A stretch of 64,000 nucleotides of DNA from Prevotella sp. (GCA_022769825.1 JALEJI010000045.1:22932-86931), one strand, 5' to 3'; numbered from the stretch's first letter, positions 20,527-30,830 are shown. The notes: generated by a model from the sequence alone, not told the origin. A program made the numbers and translations.

Positions 20527-21216
20527 TCACCAGTTCTTTTCCAGGCGTTTCCGCTGTGGCTGCATCTCATGCTTCTTGAGCCTCTGCTGGGTTTGCCTTT
20601 CCTCTTGCTCGGCATAGTTGAGAAGTTGCTCGGCGTTGTCCTTGCTCATCTTCTCCTGCTGCTTCTGCTGTTGTTGCTGGTTTTGGTTCTTGTCCTTGTT
20701 GTTTTTATCGTTCTTGTTTTGTTTTTGCTTCTGTTTCTGCTTGTCCTTGTTCTTGTTTTGTTGCTTGTCTTGATTCTTCTGGTTCTTTTGCTGCCTCATG
20801 CACAAGGCGAGGTTATACCTTGTCTCGTTGTCCGAGGGATTATTTCTCAAGCTCTCCTCGTATGCCTTAATGGCATCAGAGAACAGCTTGTGCTTCTGAC
20901 AGGCCACGCCGACGTTATGCCACACCTTCGCCTTTCTGAGCTTGGAAGTCTCACACTTTGCCGCGTTTTGCAATTGTGCCACGGCCGCGCTGTCCTTCTG
21001 CTGCATGAGCAATGCCGTGCCCAAGTTGTACAGAGCCTGTGGGTTCGACGGATTCTTGCTCAGGGCCTTCCGGTATTCTATCTCCGCCTTGGCATAGTTT
21101 TGCTGGCGATACAGCCGGTTACCATTCCTGATAAACTGCCTGTCGCTTTGAGCATTGGCATCCGCGAATGCCAACACGCACATGACCAACAACAAGATGT
21201 ATTTATAGAATCTCAT
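20527..21216 (-). CDS. batC: BatC, TPR protein
   Basis: TPRs, Q/K/N-rich linker, C-terminal MSKDNAEQLL...EKNW. Confidence 0.9.
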   Translation of the reverse strand: MRFYKYILLLVMCVLAFADANAQSDRQFIRNGNRLYRQQNYAKAEIEYRKALSKNPSNPQALYNLGTALLMQQKDSAAVAQLQNAAKCETSKLRKAKVWHNVGVACQKHKLFSDAIKAYEESLRNNPSDNETRYNLALCMRQQKNQKNQDKQQNKNKDKQKQKQKQNKNDKNNKDKNQNQQQQQKQQEKMSKDNAEQLLNYAEQEERQTQQRLKKHEMQPQRKRLEKNW

Positions 21217-21217
21217 A

Positions 21218-22243
21218 TTACTTTCTTTTCTTGAACAGCTTGATGTTTTTCAACTTGGGGTTCCTTGACTCCAACACACATACCTCCACGATAAGGATGA
21301 GCAAGGCCAATATGGCGAAAGCCTGGAACTGCTCATTATACTCACTGTAAATCACGGAATCGGTGTCGCCTTTCTGCAATTTCGTTATCTGGTCGTTCAG
21401 TTCTTCCTGCGCGTCGGCGGTGTTGTCAACATGTATGTAAGTTCCGCTGCCCGCCTTCGCGACCTCCTTGCACATCTGCTCGTTGAGGGCCGACATCACG
21501 GTCTGCCCGCTGGCGTCCTTCATGTAGTTGCCGTCTCCCAATGGTATTGGCGCGCCCTTAGGACTTCCCACACCAAGGATAAACACGTTGATGCCCTGCT
21601 TCTTGGCAGCCGCGGCGGCTTCCTCGGCGCCACCCTCATGGTCCTCGCCATCAGTGATTACGATTATGGCGCGTCCCACCTTGTCTTGCTTGGTAAAGCT
21701 GTGCATGGCCACGGTGATGGCCCTGCCGATGTCGGTGCCTTGAGTCTGGATAAGCGATGGGTCAGTGTTCTGCAAGAACATCTTGGCCGACACGTAATCG
21801 CTCGTTATAGGCAGTTGCACGAAAGCATCACCGGCAAACACCACCAAGCCTACCTTGTCGTTGGTGAAATGGTCTACAAGATTCTCCACAAGCATCTTGC
21901 TCTTGTCGAGACGGCTTGGCGCCACGTCCTGGGCGAGCATCGAGTTGGATATGTCCATGCAGATTATCGCCTCGATGCCATTGCGCGACTCATGCGATAT
22001 TTTCGCGCCCATCTGTGGGCGTGCCAACATGACGATGAGCACGGCGAGAGCAGAGTTGAGCAGCCAAAACTTCACCGACGGACGAAACTTCGACACGTCT
22101 GGCATCAGTTGTTTCACCAAGGCCGGGTCGCCGAATTTCCGCAACTTAGCCTTGCGCTGTCGCCACATCACCAACCTTACCAATGCCAGCACCGGTATCA
22201 GCCACAACAGCCACAGATATATAGGATCTTCAAATCGAAGCAT
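21218..22243 (-). CDS. batB: BatB, VWA domain protein
   Basis: N-terminal BatA-type TM, MIDAS DISNSM, PSRLDKSK, ITDGEDHEG. Confidence 0.9.
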   Translation of the reverse strand: MLRFEDPIYLWLLWLIPVLALVRLVMWRQRKAKLRKFGDPALVKQLMPDVSKFRPSVKFWLLNSALAVLIVMLARPQMGAKISHESRNGIEAIICMDISNSMLAQDVAPSRLDKSKMLVENLVDHFTNDKVGLVVFAGDAFVQLPITSDYVSAKMFLQNTDPSLIQTQGTDIGRAITVAMHSFTKQDKVGRAIIVITDGEDHEGGAEEAAAAAKKQGINVFILGVGSPKGAPIPLGDGNYMKDASGQTVMSALNEQMCKEVAKAGSGTYIHVDNTADAQEELNDQITKLQKGDTDSVIYSEYNEQFQAFAILALLILIVEVCVLESRNPKLKNIKLFKKRK

Positions 22244-22317
22244 ATCGTTAAGTTCTTACTCTATATTTAATTCTCAAATAAAACGAAGCCAAACACGATG
22301 GTATTTTCCTTCACACT

Positions 22318-23316
22318 CTAAGGCAGACGCCTCAGCACCGTGTTGCGGAGGAGTATCTCCAAAAGGAGCAGAAGCACCGCGGCAAGGGCGAAAGGCTGGT
22401 AAGCCTCATAGCGTTTCGAGAACTTCTTCACGTCCATCTTGGTCTTCTCCAGCTGGTCGATGTCTTTGTATATCTTCTTCAATTGCGCCGTGTTCGTAGC
22501 CCGGTAGAAGTTGCCGTCGGTCGTGGCGGCAATGTCGCCAAGCGTCTTCGTGTCAATGTCTACCGGCATGTTCACATACTGCACCGTTCCTCCCACTGGC
22601 ATCGGGTACGGCGCCACCTTGTTGGTACCCACCGCGATGGTGTAGACACGTATGCCAAGCGACTTGGCTATCTGCGCCGATGTCATTGGCGATATGTCAC
22701 CCATGTTGTTAGAGCCGTCGGTAAGCAATATCACGACCTTGCTCTTCGCCTTCGAGCCTTTCAGTCGCGAGATGGCGTTGGCGAGTCCCATTCCTATGGC
22801 GGTTCCGTCTTGTATCAGCCCCCTTGCCGCTATGTCGGTCCTCACGTTTTGCAGCAAGTTGAGCAATGAGGCGTGATCCGTGGTCATGGGGCACTGTGTG
22901 AACGCCTCGCCGGCGAATATTGTCAATCCGATGTTGTCGTCGGGCCTGCCTGATATGAAGTCGGCCGCCACATCCTTCGCCGCCTCTATGCGGTTAGGTT
23001 TCAAATCCTCGGCGAGCATCGACGTCGACACGTCCATGGCAAGCATGATGTCAATGCCTTCCACGGTCTTGCTTCCCCACGAGTTGTGTGTTTGGGGGCG
23101 TGCAAGGACGATGACAATGAGCGTGAACGTGATGCAACGCAGCAGCATTGGCAGGTTCATGATATGCTCTCGCCAGCTTTTCGGGGCATTGAGATACGCC
23201 CTGGTGTCGCTCATACGCATCGTGGGCTCACTCTTCTTCCTACCGAGGAAATACCACAACACGTAAGGAATAAGCAGCAACAGCAGCAAGAAATATTCTT
23301 TATTCGCGAATTCCAT
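22318..23316 (-). CDS. batA: BatA, VWA domain protein
   Basis: LARPQ, MIDAS DVSTSM, PNRIEAAK, GTAIGMGLA, LLTDGSNN. Confidence 0.92.
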   Translation of the reverse strand: MEFANKEYFLLLLLLIPYVLWYFLGRKKSEPTMRMSDTRAYLNAPKSWREHIMNLPMLLRCITFTLIVIVLARPQTHNSWGSKTVEGIDIMLAMDVSTSMLAEDLKPNRIEAAKDVAADFISGRPDDNIGLTIFAGEAFTQCPMTTDHASLLNLLQNVRTDIAARGLIQDGTAIGMGLANAISRLKGSKAKSKVVILLTDGSNNMGDISPMTSAQIAKSLGIRVYTIAVGTNKVAPYPMPVGGTVQYVNMPVDIDTKTLGDIAATTDGNFYRATNTAQLKKIYKDIDQLEKTKMDVKKFSKRYEAYQPFALAAVLLLLLEILLRNTVLRRLP

Positions 23317-23350
23317 TTTTCACATTATTATATATAGCCACTCACAAGGC

Positions 23351-24427
23351 CTACACCAACAGCATATACACATTATGTATAATGTAAGCCAGGAGCAGGG
23401 CCGCCACCACTCCACCAATCCACAACAGCGTCTTGATGGTGATGCGGTTCGACCTGACCTTCTTGTCGTCGTCTGAGAGTTGCGGCACTATCTTCTCCTC
23501 CACGGCCTGGCCTTCCTGTTTGGTCTCGTCGATGAAGTTGACAGCCTTGACAAGGTTCATGTCGTTCTCATTGAGCTGCGTGGAGTATTTAGCGAACTTC
23601 ACGAGGTCGGCCGTCTGGAACAGCTGCCTTAGCTCATCTATCATCTTCCGGTCGCCGGCGGCTTGCAGGTGCTCGATAATCTGGTCGGTGGTCATCTCAA
23701 GGGCATTGAAGCCAAAGCGCTCCTTGATATACTGGCGCAAGGTATCGGTAAGCTGCGTGTAATACGTCTTTTGGTCATCGCTCACCTGCAGATGCTCCTT
23801 CTTGATGTTTTCTATCTTGCTCAACGCGCGCTGGTGAGGCGGCACATGGCGCACGATGCGCACCTTAGTGATGATAGGCTTGTTCTCTTTCAAGCGCACG
23901 AACAGATAGGCACCTCCAACCAATATCAGCAGCATCAACACCGAGAGCCAGAAATAAGGGCTCCACTCCGCCCATTGGAACGGATTGTCCTGCACGTCCT
24001 TTGGCGGGAAGAACTGGTTGGGGTGCAACGTGTCCACGTCTACCGTTATGACTTTCAGTGCCGACGTGCCGCCCTTGTAGGGCTTGCCGTTCACTTTCAC
24101 CGTCAAGGCAGGTATGGCATAGAGGCGCTCTCCAAACGAGGTGATGACGTAGGCTTTCTCTACCTTCATCTCGCTGCCTGAGCTCAACGTGTCGGGGAGC
24201 GGCGATTCCACCACTTCCACGCCAGGCACTACATGCTGGCGTTCTTTCAACCTTGGCCATTGCAGCGTAGAGCCTTTGGGGAAGGTGACCGTAAGCCTCA
24301 ACTTGGTCTGCTCGCCTATGAGCATGGCCACGGAGTCTACTGTCTGCTCTACCGTCACCTGGGCTTTCAACCCCACCGACAGCAACAGCAGCAAGAGCGT
24401 CAATATATGTTTAGCATTTCTGTTCAT
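23351..24427 (-). CDS. Conserved membrane protein of the bat locus
   Basis: Signal peptide from the ATG at 24427, central TM, ADLVKFAK motif; lies between DUF58 and batA. Confidence 0.8.
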   Translation of the reverse strand: MNRNAKHILTLLLLLLSVGLKAQVTVEQTVDSVAMLIGEQTKLRLTVTFPKGSTLQWPRLKERQHVVPGVEVVESPLPDTLSSGSEMKVEKAYVITSFGERLYAIPALTVKVNGKPYKGGTSALKVITVDVDTLHPNQFFPPKDVQDNPFQWAEWSPYFWLSVLMLLILVGGAYLFVRLKENKPIITKVRIVRHVPPHQRALSKIENIKKEHLQVSDDQKTYYTQLTDTLRQYIKERFGFNALEMTTDQIIEHLQAAGDRKMIDELRQLFQTADLVKFAKYSTQLNENDMNLVKAVNFIDETKQEGQAVEEKIVPQLSDDDKKVRSNRITIKTLLWIGGVVAALLLAYIIHNVYMLLV

Positions 24428-24438
24428 CGTAATGTCAA

Positions 24439-25308
24439 TTATGCTCTTTTCTTGAAGAGAAGCATCAGCGACTTGGCGAAGTCCTCGTTGGTTGCCACCG
24501 ACACCCAGTCGACCTTGCCCTTGGCAAACGTCGTCTTCAGTTGTTCCTCGCGTTTCAGCCAATAGGCGGTGTGCGCGCGGCGCAGCTTCTTGCTCGACGT
24601 GTCGATATACATCTCGTGGCCCGTCTCGGCGTCGCGCACCTTCAGCAGGCCTATGTCGGGCAAGGTCTTTGCCCGCTGGTCGTAGACCTGTATGGCCACC
24701 ATGTCGTGCTTCCGATTGGCTATCTCCATCTCCTTCTCGAAGTCCTTGTCGTCATAGAAGTCGCTGATGATAAACGATGTGCACCGCCGCTTCATCACGC
24801 GTGTCAGGTAAGCCGTGGCGGCGGCTACGTCGGTCTTGTGGCTCACGGGATGGAAGTCGAGCATCTCCCTTATGATGTAAAGGATGTGCTTCCGTCCTTT
24901 CTTTGGTGGGATGTACTTCTCAATTCGGTCGGAAAAGAAGATCACGCCTATCTTGTCGTTGTTTTGCATGGCGGAGAAGGCCAACGTGGCCGCTATCTCC
25001 GTGGCCATATCGCGCTTCGTCTGGCTTGCCGTGCCGAAGTCGAGCGAGCCTGACACGTCGACAAGGAGCATGACCGTAAGCTCACGCTCCTCCTCAAAGA
25101 CCTTCACGTAAGGGCGGTGCAGCCTCGCCGTGACATTCCAGTCGATGTCGCGAACGTCGTCGCCAAACTGGTACTCCCTCACCTCGGCAAACTCCATGCC
25201 CCTGCCCTTGAAGGCGGAGTGGTATTGCCCGGCGAAGATGTTTTGGCTCAGCCCGCGGGTCTTTATCTCTATCTTCCTTACTTTTCCAAGAATCTCAGAA
25301 GTATCCAT
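24439..25308 (-). CDS. DUF58 domain protein
   Basis: GRGMEFAEVREYQFGDDVRDIDWNVTAR, DVSGS, ISDF. Confidence 0.93.
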   Translation of the reverse strand: MDTSEILGKVRKIEIKTRGLSQNIFAGQYHSAFKGRGMEFAEVREYQFGDDVRDIDWNVTARLHRPYVKVFEEERELTVMLLVDVSGSLDFGTASQTKRDMATEIAATLAFSAMQNNDKIGVIFFSDRIEKYIPPKKGRKHILYIIREMLDFHPVSHKTDVAAATAYLTRVMKRRCTSFIISDFYDDKDFEKEMEIANRKHDMVAIQVYDQRAKTLPDIGLLKVRDAETGHEMYIDTSSKKLRRAHTAYWLKREEQLKTTFAKGKVDWVSVATNEDFAKSLMLLFKKRA

Positions 25309-26303
25309 TAAGGCACCTCCACCTTATTGATGATTTGACTTACTATTTCCTCACTTGTCACGTTGGCAGCCTCGGCCTCATACGACAAGCCTACGCGATG
25401 GCGCATCACGTCGTGTGCGACGGCCCTCACGTCCTCCGGCACCACATAGCCGCGATGCTTGATGAAAGCGTAGGCGCGCGACGCCTTGGCGAGGTTGATG
25501 CTCGCGCGGGGCGAACCGCCGAAGGTAATCATGTTTTTCAGCTCCGACAAGCCGTAGCGCTCGGGGAAACGCGAGGCGAACACTATGTCGGCGATATACT
25601 GCTCTATCTTCTCGTCGATATAGACCTGTCCCACCACCTCGCGGGCCTTGAGAATGTCGTTGGCGGTGCACACGGGCTGCACCTTGGGGAACGTCTTTTG
25701 CACGTTCTCCCTGATGATTTTCTTCTCCTCCTCAATCGTGGGGTAGCCTATGACCACCTTCAGCATGAAACGGTCCACCTGCGCCTCGGGCAACTGGTAG
25801 GTACCCTCTTGCTCGATGGGGTTCTGGGTGGCGAGCACGAGGAACGGCTTTGGCAGGTCAAAGGTCTGGTCGCCGATGGTGACCTGATGCTCCTGCATGG
25901 CCTCGAGCAGCGCGCTCTGCACCTTTGCCGGGGCGCGGTTTATCTCATCCGCCAATACGAAGTTGGCGAACACGGGACCTTTCTTCACATGGAAGCTCTC
26001 GTCTTTCTGCGAGTAGACCATCGTGCCCACGACATCGGCAGGAAGGAGGTCTGGCGTAAACTGTATGCGTGAGAAATCGGCGTCAACGAGTTGCGAAAGG
26101 GTCTTGATGGCCAACGTCTTGGCCAAGCCCGGCACGCCCTCCAAGAGGATGTGGCCATCGCTAAGAAGGGAGATGAGCAGTGAGTCGACCAAGTGCGACT
26201 GGCCGATAATCACCCTGCCCATGCCCATAGACAAGTCATTGACAAAGCCGCTCTGTTGCTCTATAAGGATGTTCAGTTCACGAATATCTACTGATTCTGC
26301 CAT
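25308..26303 (-). CDS. moxR: MoxR-family AAA+ ATPase
   Basis: EGVPGLAKT, RIQFTPDLLPAD, ADEINRAPAKVQSALLEAM, ATQNPIEQEGTY; start 26303; -7 box at 26352-26359. Confidence 0.95.
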   Translation of the reverse strand: MAESVDIRELNILIEQQSGFVNDLSMGMGRVIIGQSHLVDSLLISLLSDGHILLEGVPGLAKTLAIKTLSQLVDADFSRIQFTPDLLPADVVGTMVYSQKDESFHVKKGPVFANFVLADEINRAPAKVQSALLEAMQEHQVTIGDQTFDLPKPFLVLATQNPIEQEGTYQLPEAQVDRFMLKVVIGYPTIEEEKKIIRENVQKTFPKVQPVCTANDILKAREVVGQVYIDEKIEQYIADIVFASRFPERYGLSELKNMITFGGSPRASINLAKASRAYAFIKHRGYVVPEDVRAVAHDVMRHRVGLSYEAEAANVTSEEIVSQIINKVEVP

Positions 26304-26461
26304 AATTGAGAAATTTGACTTTTGTATATTCTGTATTAATTTTTCAATTCGCAAAAGTACAAATTTCTTTTCGAGAAGCGCAACGGAGCGACCTAAATTA
26401 TATTAAAAAGGATATGAAGACGTTTATTTTAAGAAAGTTTTGACATAGCTCATGCCATACC

Positions 26462-27085
26462 TTACAGTAAGTCAAAGCCTTCACGCTTGAGCGCGGCCTT
26501 CGCCAGACGCTCGAACACGAGCCCCAAGTCGGCGAAACGTGTCAAGGCGTTCATGGCGGCATGGCGCAGCCCAGCCGACGGCGACTTCAGCGCCGTAACC
26601 GCCTGGTCTATAAACTCGTTGATGCCTCGCTCGTTGGGTTCCTGCCCTTTCATGAAGAGGCGGCCCAAGATGTCGTATGCGCATATTTCCTTCACCGTGT
26701 CGTCGAGTGCCATCCAACGGTAGGCGAGCTTTGGCGCGTAGCTGACATACTGGTAGAGGTTGAACGCCTGCATCTCCGCCATCTCCTGCGAGTGGGTCTG
26801 CTCCATCCATATCTCCGCCACCTCCTCTGGCATCTTGTCGTGCGGCATGAGCAACGTGGCGAGAATCTTGCACTCGCGTATGTCCTCTTTCCACAAGGCT
26901 ATGGCGAAGTCGTAGTCGTGGGGCAAGTCGGCTGCCATCTGCTTCAGCTGTATGAACGGCACGCCCCAATTGAGGCGATAGTCGAGACCCTTCTCGCGCA
27001 TCGACTGCGAGGCCGGGCCGTTCATCACCAACCTGAAGCCACGCTTCAGCTCTTTTATCTTGCTTTCTATTTCTTCTTTTGTCAT
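26462..27085 (-). CDS. DNA alkylation repair (AlkD-like HEAT-repeat) protein
   Basis: MNGPASQSMREKG..NWGV, LWKEDIRECKILA; helical repeats. Confidence 0.8.
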   Translation of the reverse strand: MTKEEIESKIKELKRGFRLVMNGPASQSMREKGLDYRLNWGVPFIQLKQMAADLPHDYDFAIALWKEDIRECKILATLLMPHDKMPEEVAEIWMEQTHSQEMAEMQAFNLYQYVSYAPKLAYRWMALDDTVKEICAYDILGRLFMKGQEPNERGINEFIDQAVTALKSPSAGLRHAAMNALTRFADLGLVFERLAKAALKREGFDLL

Positions 27086-27142
27086 TGTCGTTTTATATTG
27101 TTGTCGTGATTATCGATAATCCTTGTTCACACGGATTTTTTC

Positions 27143-29092
27143 TCACAACAGGCCGTATTCATCGGAGTATCTCATCATCTGTTGCGAATAGCCTTCAGTG
27201 TAGTCGAGCGTCACGTCCACGATGTTGCCCTCGGCATCCACCACGGGGTTCATCCTCGGGTTTATGAAGCCCTTGTATGGCGCGATGTGCAGCTTCTCGT
27301 ACCGGCCGAGTATCTCCTTGTGCAAGTCGGCGTCCACCTTCACGCCATAGCGTTCCACCATCGCCTTCGCCGCTTCGTAGTCGCCCTCGCTCTTGATGCG
27401 CTGTATCTCGGCGAGCAGCGAGCCGAAGACCTGGCGCAGGCGCGCGTAGTCGTTCACCCTCACATAGGTCTTGCCGTCCACCGCCACGAGCTCCACGCTT
27501 CCCTCAGCGTGTTCCAGGCACCACCGTGCTATTATGGCCCTGTTGCGCATGTGGGCTTCCTCTATCTGGTCGCCGGGCTTGATTCGCACGAGCTGCGTGA
27601 GCAGGCCGTTCATCAGATAGTGGTAATACTGGCTCTTGTAAGCCTCGGCATCTGGCACCAGGCCAAGCTCCACGAGCTTTTGGTCGGCAAGATAATACAG
27701 GCCGAACAAGTCGGCACGGGCTTCCTCTATGGTACTGCCGTAGGCTTTCAGCGCGTCGGGCGACACGCCGGGCAGCAACTGTCCACTGCCATGGCCGAGA
27801 CACTCGTGAAGGTCGGTGTGGAGGTCGTCGCACAAGTCGCCGTATTCTCTTATCATCTCTCGCGTGGCCTCGTCTATCACGAACTCGTCGTTGAAGCCGT
27901 TGTCCCTCGCCGCCTTGTTGTAGGCGTCGGTAAGGTTGCCTATCGTGACGCTCTTCGAGCCATAGCGCGCCCTTATCCAGTCGGCGTTGGGCAGGTTGAT
28001 GCCTATCGCCGACGACGGGTATTCCTCGCCGCCAAGCATCGCCGCCTGCACCACGTGGGCCGACACGCCCTTCACCTTTGGCTTGCGGAAGCGCGGGTCC
28101 ACGGGCGAATGGTCCTCAAACCACTGCGCGTTGTCGGCGATGGCACGTGTGCGGCGCGTGGCGTTCTCGTCTTTCAGCTCCACTATGCCCTCCCACGTGC
28201 CTTTCAAGCCGAGCGGGTCGCCATAGACCTCTATGAACCCGTTGATGAAGTCGACAGTGCCCTCCTGCTCCTTCAGCCACTCCATGCTGAACTCGTCGAA
28301 ACGTCGCAAGTCACCCGTGGTGTAATAGTCGGTGAGCAGGTCTATCAGCTTCGCCTGCAGGTCGTTCTCGGCCACGCCTTTCGCCTTTTGCAGCCAATAG
28401 ACTATTTTTTTTAGCGCCGGGCCGTAAAGCCCGCGCGTGGTGTATTTTTCTTCTTTCAGCTCGCCGCCGACTCGTGCCAACTTGGAGTTAAGCCCCCACG
28501 ACGGCTGGCAGTCGCCCGCCTCCGGGTCGCGCTTCGAGGCGTAGAAGCTTTCCGCCTCGGCCTGCGTCACGCCATCATAGAAGTTGCATGCCGACGTGAG
28601 CACGAGGTCCTCGCCATCGGCCTGGTTGACGCGCTTGGGCAGCACGGTAGGATCGAACATGACGGGGCAAATGGCGGCAAGCAGCGACGTGGCGTCGGCA
28701 TATCCGCCGATGGGGAAGCTGCCCGACGGCAACGTGCCGACAGCCTCGCGGAACCATGCCTCGGAGAAGCCAGGGACAAACTTCTCGCAGCCATAATGAT
28801 GATATATGCCATTGGAGAACCACACTCGCTTCATGTACACTTCCATCTGCCGGAAGTCGTCGGAATCGTTGGCGGCGCGGTGGCGCGCCACGCTCTCAAG
28901 CGTCTTCCTTATCACGAGGTTGAACCTTCCATATTGATCGGTGGTGATGTCGCGCCCCGCGAGCGTGGCCTTGGCCAGGTAATACACATAAGCTTTCCTC
29001 TTCGCGTCCAGCTCGTCGAAACCGTCTATGCGGTATCTCAGCATCTGTATGTCCGCGAATCGCTCGTCAGAATAATTAAAAGTGTTATCCAT
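27143..29092 (-). CDS. Dipeptidyl peptidase III (M49)
   Basis: HECLGH hexapeptide zinc motif, EEARADL, IGINLPN. Confidence 0.93.
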   Translation of the reverse strand: MDNTFNYSDERFADIQMLRYRIDGFDELDAKRKAYVYYLAKATLAGRDITTDQYGRFNLVIRKTLESVARHRAANDSDDFRQMEVYMKRVWFSNGIYHHYGCEKFVPGFSEAWFREAVGTLPSGSFPIGGYADATSLLAAICPVMFDPTVLPKRVNQADGEDLVLTSACNFYDGVTQAEAESFYASKRDPEAGDCQPSWGLNSKLARVGGELKEEKYTTRGLYGPALKKIVYWLQKAKGVAENDLQAKLIDLLTDYYTTGDLRRFDEFSMEWLKEQEGTVDFINGFIEVYGDPLGLKGTWEGIVELKDENATRRTRAIADNAQWFEDHSPVDPRFRKPKVKGVSAHVVQAAMLGGEEYPSSAIGINLPNADWIRARYGSKSVTIGNLTDAYNKAARDNGFNDEFVIDEATREMIREYGDLCDDLHTDLHECLGHGSGQLLPGVSPDALKAYGSTIEEARADLFGLYYLADQKLVELGLVPDAEAYKSQYYHYLMNGLLTQLVRIKPGDQIEEAHMRNRAIIARWCLEHAEGSVELVAVDGKTYVRVNDYARLRQVFGSLLAEIQRIKSEGDYEAAKAMVERYGVKVDADLHKEILGRYEKLHIAPYKGFINPRMNPVVDAEGNIVDVTLDYTEGYSQQMMRYSDEYGLL

Positions 29093-29136
29093 CAGTATCT
29101 GAAAATATGAGAATCTTCTTTGTCAGCCTTCCCGCG

Positions 29137-29622
29137 TCACGCCTTGGGCTTGTTTTTAGACCCGGCCTTCCGCCCTCTCTTCTTGGGCTTGCCGTCTTGG
29201 GATGGCAAGGTGGCGACTCTCGTCTTGCGATAGTCGCGCGGCGTGACGCCGTTCAACCTGAAGAACGCCGCGTAGAACGACTGGCGGTTGGAGAAGCCCA
29301 CCAAGTCGGAAATCTCTTCCATGTTAAGTTCTTGATAACGCTTGTCCACGAGCATGGACATAGCCTCCTGGATGCGAAACTTGTTTACATAAGAAGTATA
29401 ATTCATGTGAAACCGCACGTTTACCACCGCGGAAATGTATCTCGTGTTGGTGTTGAGATCTTCCGCGAGCTGTTTCGCCGAATAGCTTTTATCCCTAAAT
29501 TTCTTCTGGACAATTATTATATCATTTATACGACGTTCAAGCTCATCCATAAGTTTAGGGTTCACCAAAGCTCTATAAGCGGCATCCTTTTCCTTTTTCT
29601 CTGTGATATTATACTTTGCCAT
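29137..29622 (-). CDS. Stand-alone AraC-family HTH regulator
   Basis: QLAEDLNTNTRYIS, VGFSNRQSFYAAF..GVTPRDYR; basic C-terminal tail. Confidence 0.88.
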   Translation of the reverse strand: MAKYNITEKKEKDAAYRALVNPKLMDELERRINDIIIVQKKFRDKSYSAKQLAEDLNTNTRYISAVVNVRFHMNYTSYVNKFRIQEAMSMLVDKRYQELNMEEISDLVGFSNRQSFYAAFFRLNGVTPRDYRKTRVATLPSQDGKPKKRGRKAGSKNKPKA

Positions 29623-29956
29623 AAGCTAAAGAGGTCTTGTCATTCACAATTTGATTTAAGTTCCATTCGCAAAAATAATGAAAAATAATGTACTTTGCCC
29701 TTTTTCCAAAAATTATTTTCGCGTGGATAATATTTTTTAACATTATCTTGGGATTTATGCCGTCATTCACCGCTCACGCCATTGACCAGGCCCGTGACAG
29801 GCCGTGCGTGGAAAGGGTTGGCGCGCGATTCGCACGCCGCCGCGTCGCCATTGTCGTGACATGAAAATCTTGGACAAATCGCCCTCAAACGATTAATGCC
29901 GCAAAGAGCCTTGTCGCTCATTACGACCAAAGACGCTACGACAGCCACGCCCCCAA

Positions 29957-29985
29957 CCCCTGACCATTCCTACCCACCCCTGCAA
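29957..29985. repeat. REP-like arm, inverted relative to 30412-30441
   Basis: CCCCTGACCATTCCTACCCACCCCTGCAA versus the reverse complement of 30412-30441, CCCCTAACCATCCCTACCCGCACCCTGCAA. Confidence 0.6.
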
Positions 29986-30018
29986 CATGGTTGCGTGACA
30001 AGCTCGCTCATGGCAAAA

Positions 30019-30378
30019 TGTAAAATATTATTGCCGAAATTTAACACTTGAAAGCCAGTGCATTTAGAACGGGAAAACAGCTCAAAGGTGCCCCTTTGTC
30101 AGCATAATCAGTCGGTTTTTGGCCAAAAGCCCTTGCCGTTACAGTGTAATCGCGTCGCCATTTCACCGTAACGGCAACGCGATTGCACTGTAACGGCGAC
30201 GCGATTGCACTGTAACGGCGACGCAAAATCAGCGTTTTGGCAACGCTCTAAAACCGTAAAATTCATAAATTCCTAATAATCAACGATTTATCAAAACGGC
30301 TCATAATCGCGTTATTTTCGACCAAGAGACTGCTTGGTTGAAAAAAATCGATTCTCAGACGACCATTTGTAAAATGTT
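30019..30378 (+). mobile_element. Dispersed non-coding element, copy 2 (three 22-bp tandem units)
   Basis: TGTAAAATATT at 30019 and TGTAAAATGTT at 30368; inverted unit from 30133; direct units at 30157, 30179, 30201. Confidence 0.8.
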
Positions 30379-30411
30379 ATTACCCGATTTAACAGATGTG
30401 CGTCGCCTGCT

Positions 30412-30466
30412 TTGCAGGGTGCGGGTAGGGATGGTTAGGGGCCGTCCGCAACCAATGTGGATGCAT
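30412..30466. repeat. Degenerate member of the REP-like family at 10115
   Basis: Begins TTGCAGGG; CCGTCCGCAACCAATGTGGATGCAT (30442-30466) matches 10134-10158 with one mismatch. Confidence 0.6.
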
Positions 30467-30672
30467 GGGGAAACACGAGGCATTGTGCCATCGCTCCAAA
30501 TCCCGGAAGACCCTTTTATTATATAATAATGTACACGCGAAAGTCAGCGCGCGAATCCGGCACGACGACGAGGCAAAAAAGTTGCTATTGCATACACAGC
30601 TAACTATCAACCACTTAACCGCATTACTCCAATGACACGAGATAAATTGTTCAAAAAAAACTTCACGAAAGT

Positions 30673-30703
30673 TTTGTCAGAATCACAAAAAGCAGTACCT
30701 TTG
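30673..30703 (+). promoter_or_regulatory. Canonical Bacteroidota sigma-A promoter for the tRNA-Lys pair
   Basis: TTTG (30673-30676), 19-nt spacer, TACCTTTG (30696-30703). Confidence 0.8.
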
Positions 30704-30757
30704 CAACCGCAAAACAGAAAAGAGGTCGTCTAGGTCTTGAATATGTTTTCACAGAAT

Positions 30758-30830
30758 GCGTCCTTAGCTCAGCTGGTAGAGCAACTGACTCTTAATCAGT
30801 GGGTCTAGGGTTCGAATCCCTAAGGACGCA
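30758..30830 (+). tRNA. tRNA-Lys (CTT), copy 1
   Basis: GCGTCCTTAGCTCAGCTGGTAGAGCAACTGACTCTTAATCAGTGGGTCTAGGGTTCGAATCCCTAAGGACGCA; anticodon loop CT-CTT-AA. Confidence 0.97.

Noticed and set aside
20640-20795. Low-complexity repeat tract in batC (likewise the GGF repeats in dnaJ)
   Set aside because: These are the normal Q/K/N linker of BatC and the G/F region of DnaJ.
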